Source: Candidatus Woesearchaeota archaeon (GTDB taxonomy: Archaea > Nanobdellota > Nanobdellia > Woesearchaeales > UBA12501). Taken from it: a DNA stretch of 64,000 bases. Positions 62,478 through 64,000 of this stretch are shown here, piece after piece. Positions within the stretch are counted from its first letter, which is position 1; every line of letters starts with the position of its first letter. The stretch lies in assembly GCA_030651375.1 (NCBI GenBank), contig JAUSFM010000009.1, positions 65,345-129,344 of the forward strand, given 5' to 3'. The notes beneath the pieces were generated by a model. That model did no database searches, was not told the origin of the DNA, and was given only the letters and a program-made list of their open reading frames with translations. The position numbers and the translations under genes were made by a program.

Positions 62478-64000
62478 ATGACGTTTAGACACCGCACCAC
62501 GCCGGAACAGCGCCGGAGAAAGCTCAAGGAACTTCTTGCAGCAGGAAAACTCGTGCGCGTTATCGAGGCACACAACGGCTTGAGTGCGTTGGTAGCGACC
62601 GAAACAAAAGTGGAAGTTGGCGGAGAGTTAAAAGAATTCGACGCAGTCTGGGAAAGCAGCCTCACTGATTCCGCCTCAAAGGGCCAGCCGGACATTGAAG
62701 TCGTTAGCTATGATTCCCGCATCAACACCATCCAAGAAATTTCAAACGTCACCGACAAGCCGATTATTGTTGACGGTGACACCGGCGGCGATCCGAGCCA
62801 TTTTGAATATTTTGTCAAGCGGCTGGAGCACATCGGCGTCTCTGCGGTCATCATCGAAGACAAAGTGTTTCCGAAGCGTAACAGTTTGGATGCCGACGCG
62901 AAACAAGATCTTGAAGACCCGCATCTCTTTGCCACAAAAATCAAGCGCGGCAAGAGCATGCTGCTGACGGATGAATTTCTGATTTTTGCGCGCCTTGAAA
63001 GTTTGATTGCCGGCGCTAGTGTTGAAGATGCGCTGAAGCGCGCGCGCATCTACCTGCAGGCAGGCGTTGATGGCATCATGATTCATGACAAGGCAAAAGA
63101 CCCAGCGCAGGTGTTCCGGTTTGCTGAAGAATACAAAAAACTTTGCAGCGAGCTCGGCGTCAGCAAGCCCTTGGTCAGCGTGCCCACCACCTACAACACC
63201 GTGACTGAAGAAGAGTTGGCTGCACGCGGATTCAACATTGTCATCCACGCAAATCATTTATTGCGCTCTTCGTACAAGGCCATGCAGGCAGTGGCAAAAA
63301 CAATCCTCACCAACGGCCGCTCCTTTGAGGCGGACGCGCAGTGCGCTGCCGTCAAAGACATCTTTGAGATTGTCGGCTTTTCCGACGTCAAAAAGAAAGA
63401 TGAACAATACGCACCAAAATACACGGGCTTCCGCGCCATCATTCCGGCAGCAGGCGCCAGCAGTGTTTTTTCTCATCCAAAGGCATTGCTGGATATTAAC
63501 GGCAAAACCGTGCTTGAGCGCCAGCGGGACACGCTCCAGCGCGCCGGCATCCGCGAAGTGTCGGTCATCCGCGGCTTCAAAAAAGAACTGTTCACCGTGC
63601 CAAAAATAAAATACCACGACAACGACCAGTACCAGACTACCCACATTCTTGATTCGTTGTTCTGCGCCAAGGATGACATGGGCAATGGCTTTGTTCTTGC
63701 CTATGCGGACGTATTGTTCCACGAGTCACTTATCAAAAACCTGCTCGATGCGCATGGTGATATCGTCCTTGTCGTCGATAATACGTATCGCCACCACACG
63801 CATGAAGTGGACAAGGAACTCGACCTCGTTATTGCAACGAACGAGCCCTCGCTGCGCCACCTCAACCCCTCCCTGCACCGCCACGTTTCCCGCATCGGCA
63901 AAAAAATTCAGAAAGAAAACGCAACGCACGAATTTGTCGGGCTTGCAAAATTTACGCCTGCAGGAGCCGACGCATTGTTAAAACTGTATGATGAATGCCG
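62478..64000 (+). CDS. pepM: Phosphoenolpyruvate mutase fused to a C-terminal nucleotidyltransferase domain (3' partial; runs off window)
   Basis: Hand-translated open frame missing from the ORF track because no stop falls in the window. PepM-diagnostic EDKVFPKRNS (EDK-X5-NS) plus DGDTGGD metal site. From about residue 310 the motif AIIPAAGASSVF...GKTVLERQRDTLQRAG indicates a LicC/PntC-like sugar-nucleotidyl/cytidylyltransferase fold. Confidence 0.75.
   Translation, partial: MTFRHRTTPEQRRRKLKELLAAGKLVRVIEAHNGLSALVATETKVEVGGELKEFDAVWESSLTDSASKGQPDIEVVSYDSRINTIQEISNVTDKPIIVDGDTGGDPSHFEYFVKRLEHIGVSAVIIEDKVFPKRNSLDADAKQDLEDPHLFATKIKRGKSMLLTDEFLIFARLESLIAGASVEDALKRARIYLQAGVDGIMIHDKAKDPAQVFRFAEEYKKLCSELGVSKPLVSVPTTYNTVTEEELAARGFNIVIHANHLLRSSYKAMQAVAKTILTNGRSFEADAQCAAVKDIFEIVGFSDVKKKDEQYAPKYTGFRAIIPAAGASSVFSHPKALLDINGKTVLERQRDTLQRAGIREVSVIRGFKKELFTVPKIKYHDNDQYQTTHILDSLFCAKDDMGNGFVLAYADVLFHESLIKNLLDAHGDIVLVVDNTYRHHTHEVDKELDLVIATNEPSLRHLNPSLHRHVSRIGKKIQKENATHEFVGLAKFTPAGADALLKLYDEC

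Noticed and set aside
1-64000. tRNA, rRNA or other structured RNA genes
   Set aside because: No cloverleaf-compatible sequences or rRNA-like conserved blocks were found by eye in intergenic regions. A tRNAscan/Infernal run would be needed to be definitive.

Overview
This 64 kb window is a gene-dense chromosomal segment of about 50% GC, coded on both strands. The lineage is archaeal: it carries TFS/RpoM, NMD3, aEF-1beta with its conserved Zn-ribbon partner, Dph2, a Sec11-type signal peptidase, an HTH_10 regulator, archaeal-type PEP carboxylase, PolX and RtcA, and promoters look like BRE/TATA boxes rather than -35/-10. No rRNA, tRNA or CRISPR was seen. Housekeeping and metabolic genes include aldehyde dehydrogenase, a TPP enzyme, NUDIX, PEPC, SOD, endonuclease III, ParA, a GalE-like epimerase, S-adenosylmethionine synthetase, and agmatine deiminase with N-carbamoylputrescine amidase. 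Five blocks stand out from this background. (1) A minus-strand operon at 27.9-37.2 kb holds three tandem paralogs that share a new N-terminal domain. Two of them carry clear bacterial sigma-70 region 2 and region 4 motifs. They sit behind a 1369-aa modular giant protein with a PD-(D/E)xK-like N-terminus, and bacterial sigma factors are not expected in an archaeon. (2) A putatively DtxR-autoregulated five-gene metal operon: DtxR, membrane-anchored two-domain multicopper oxidase, ZIP permease with an extra N-terminal domain, CuA-like cupredoxin lipoprotein and NRAMP. (3) Two AT-rich, probably horizontally acquired islets. One encodes a membrane/coiled-coil/HNH-nuclease fusion plus a Bro-N protein. 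The other encodes a SIR2_2-type defence protein plus VapBC. (4) A PEP mutase fused to a nucleotidyltransferase at the window edge, indicating a phosphonate pathway. (5) An unlisted 59-aa Zn-ribbon gene upstream of aEF-1beta. The supplied ORF track uses alternative start codons and N-terminally over-extends several genes, so starts were adjusted where the protein sequence made the real start evident.
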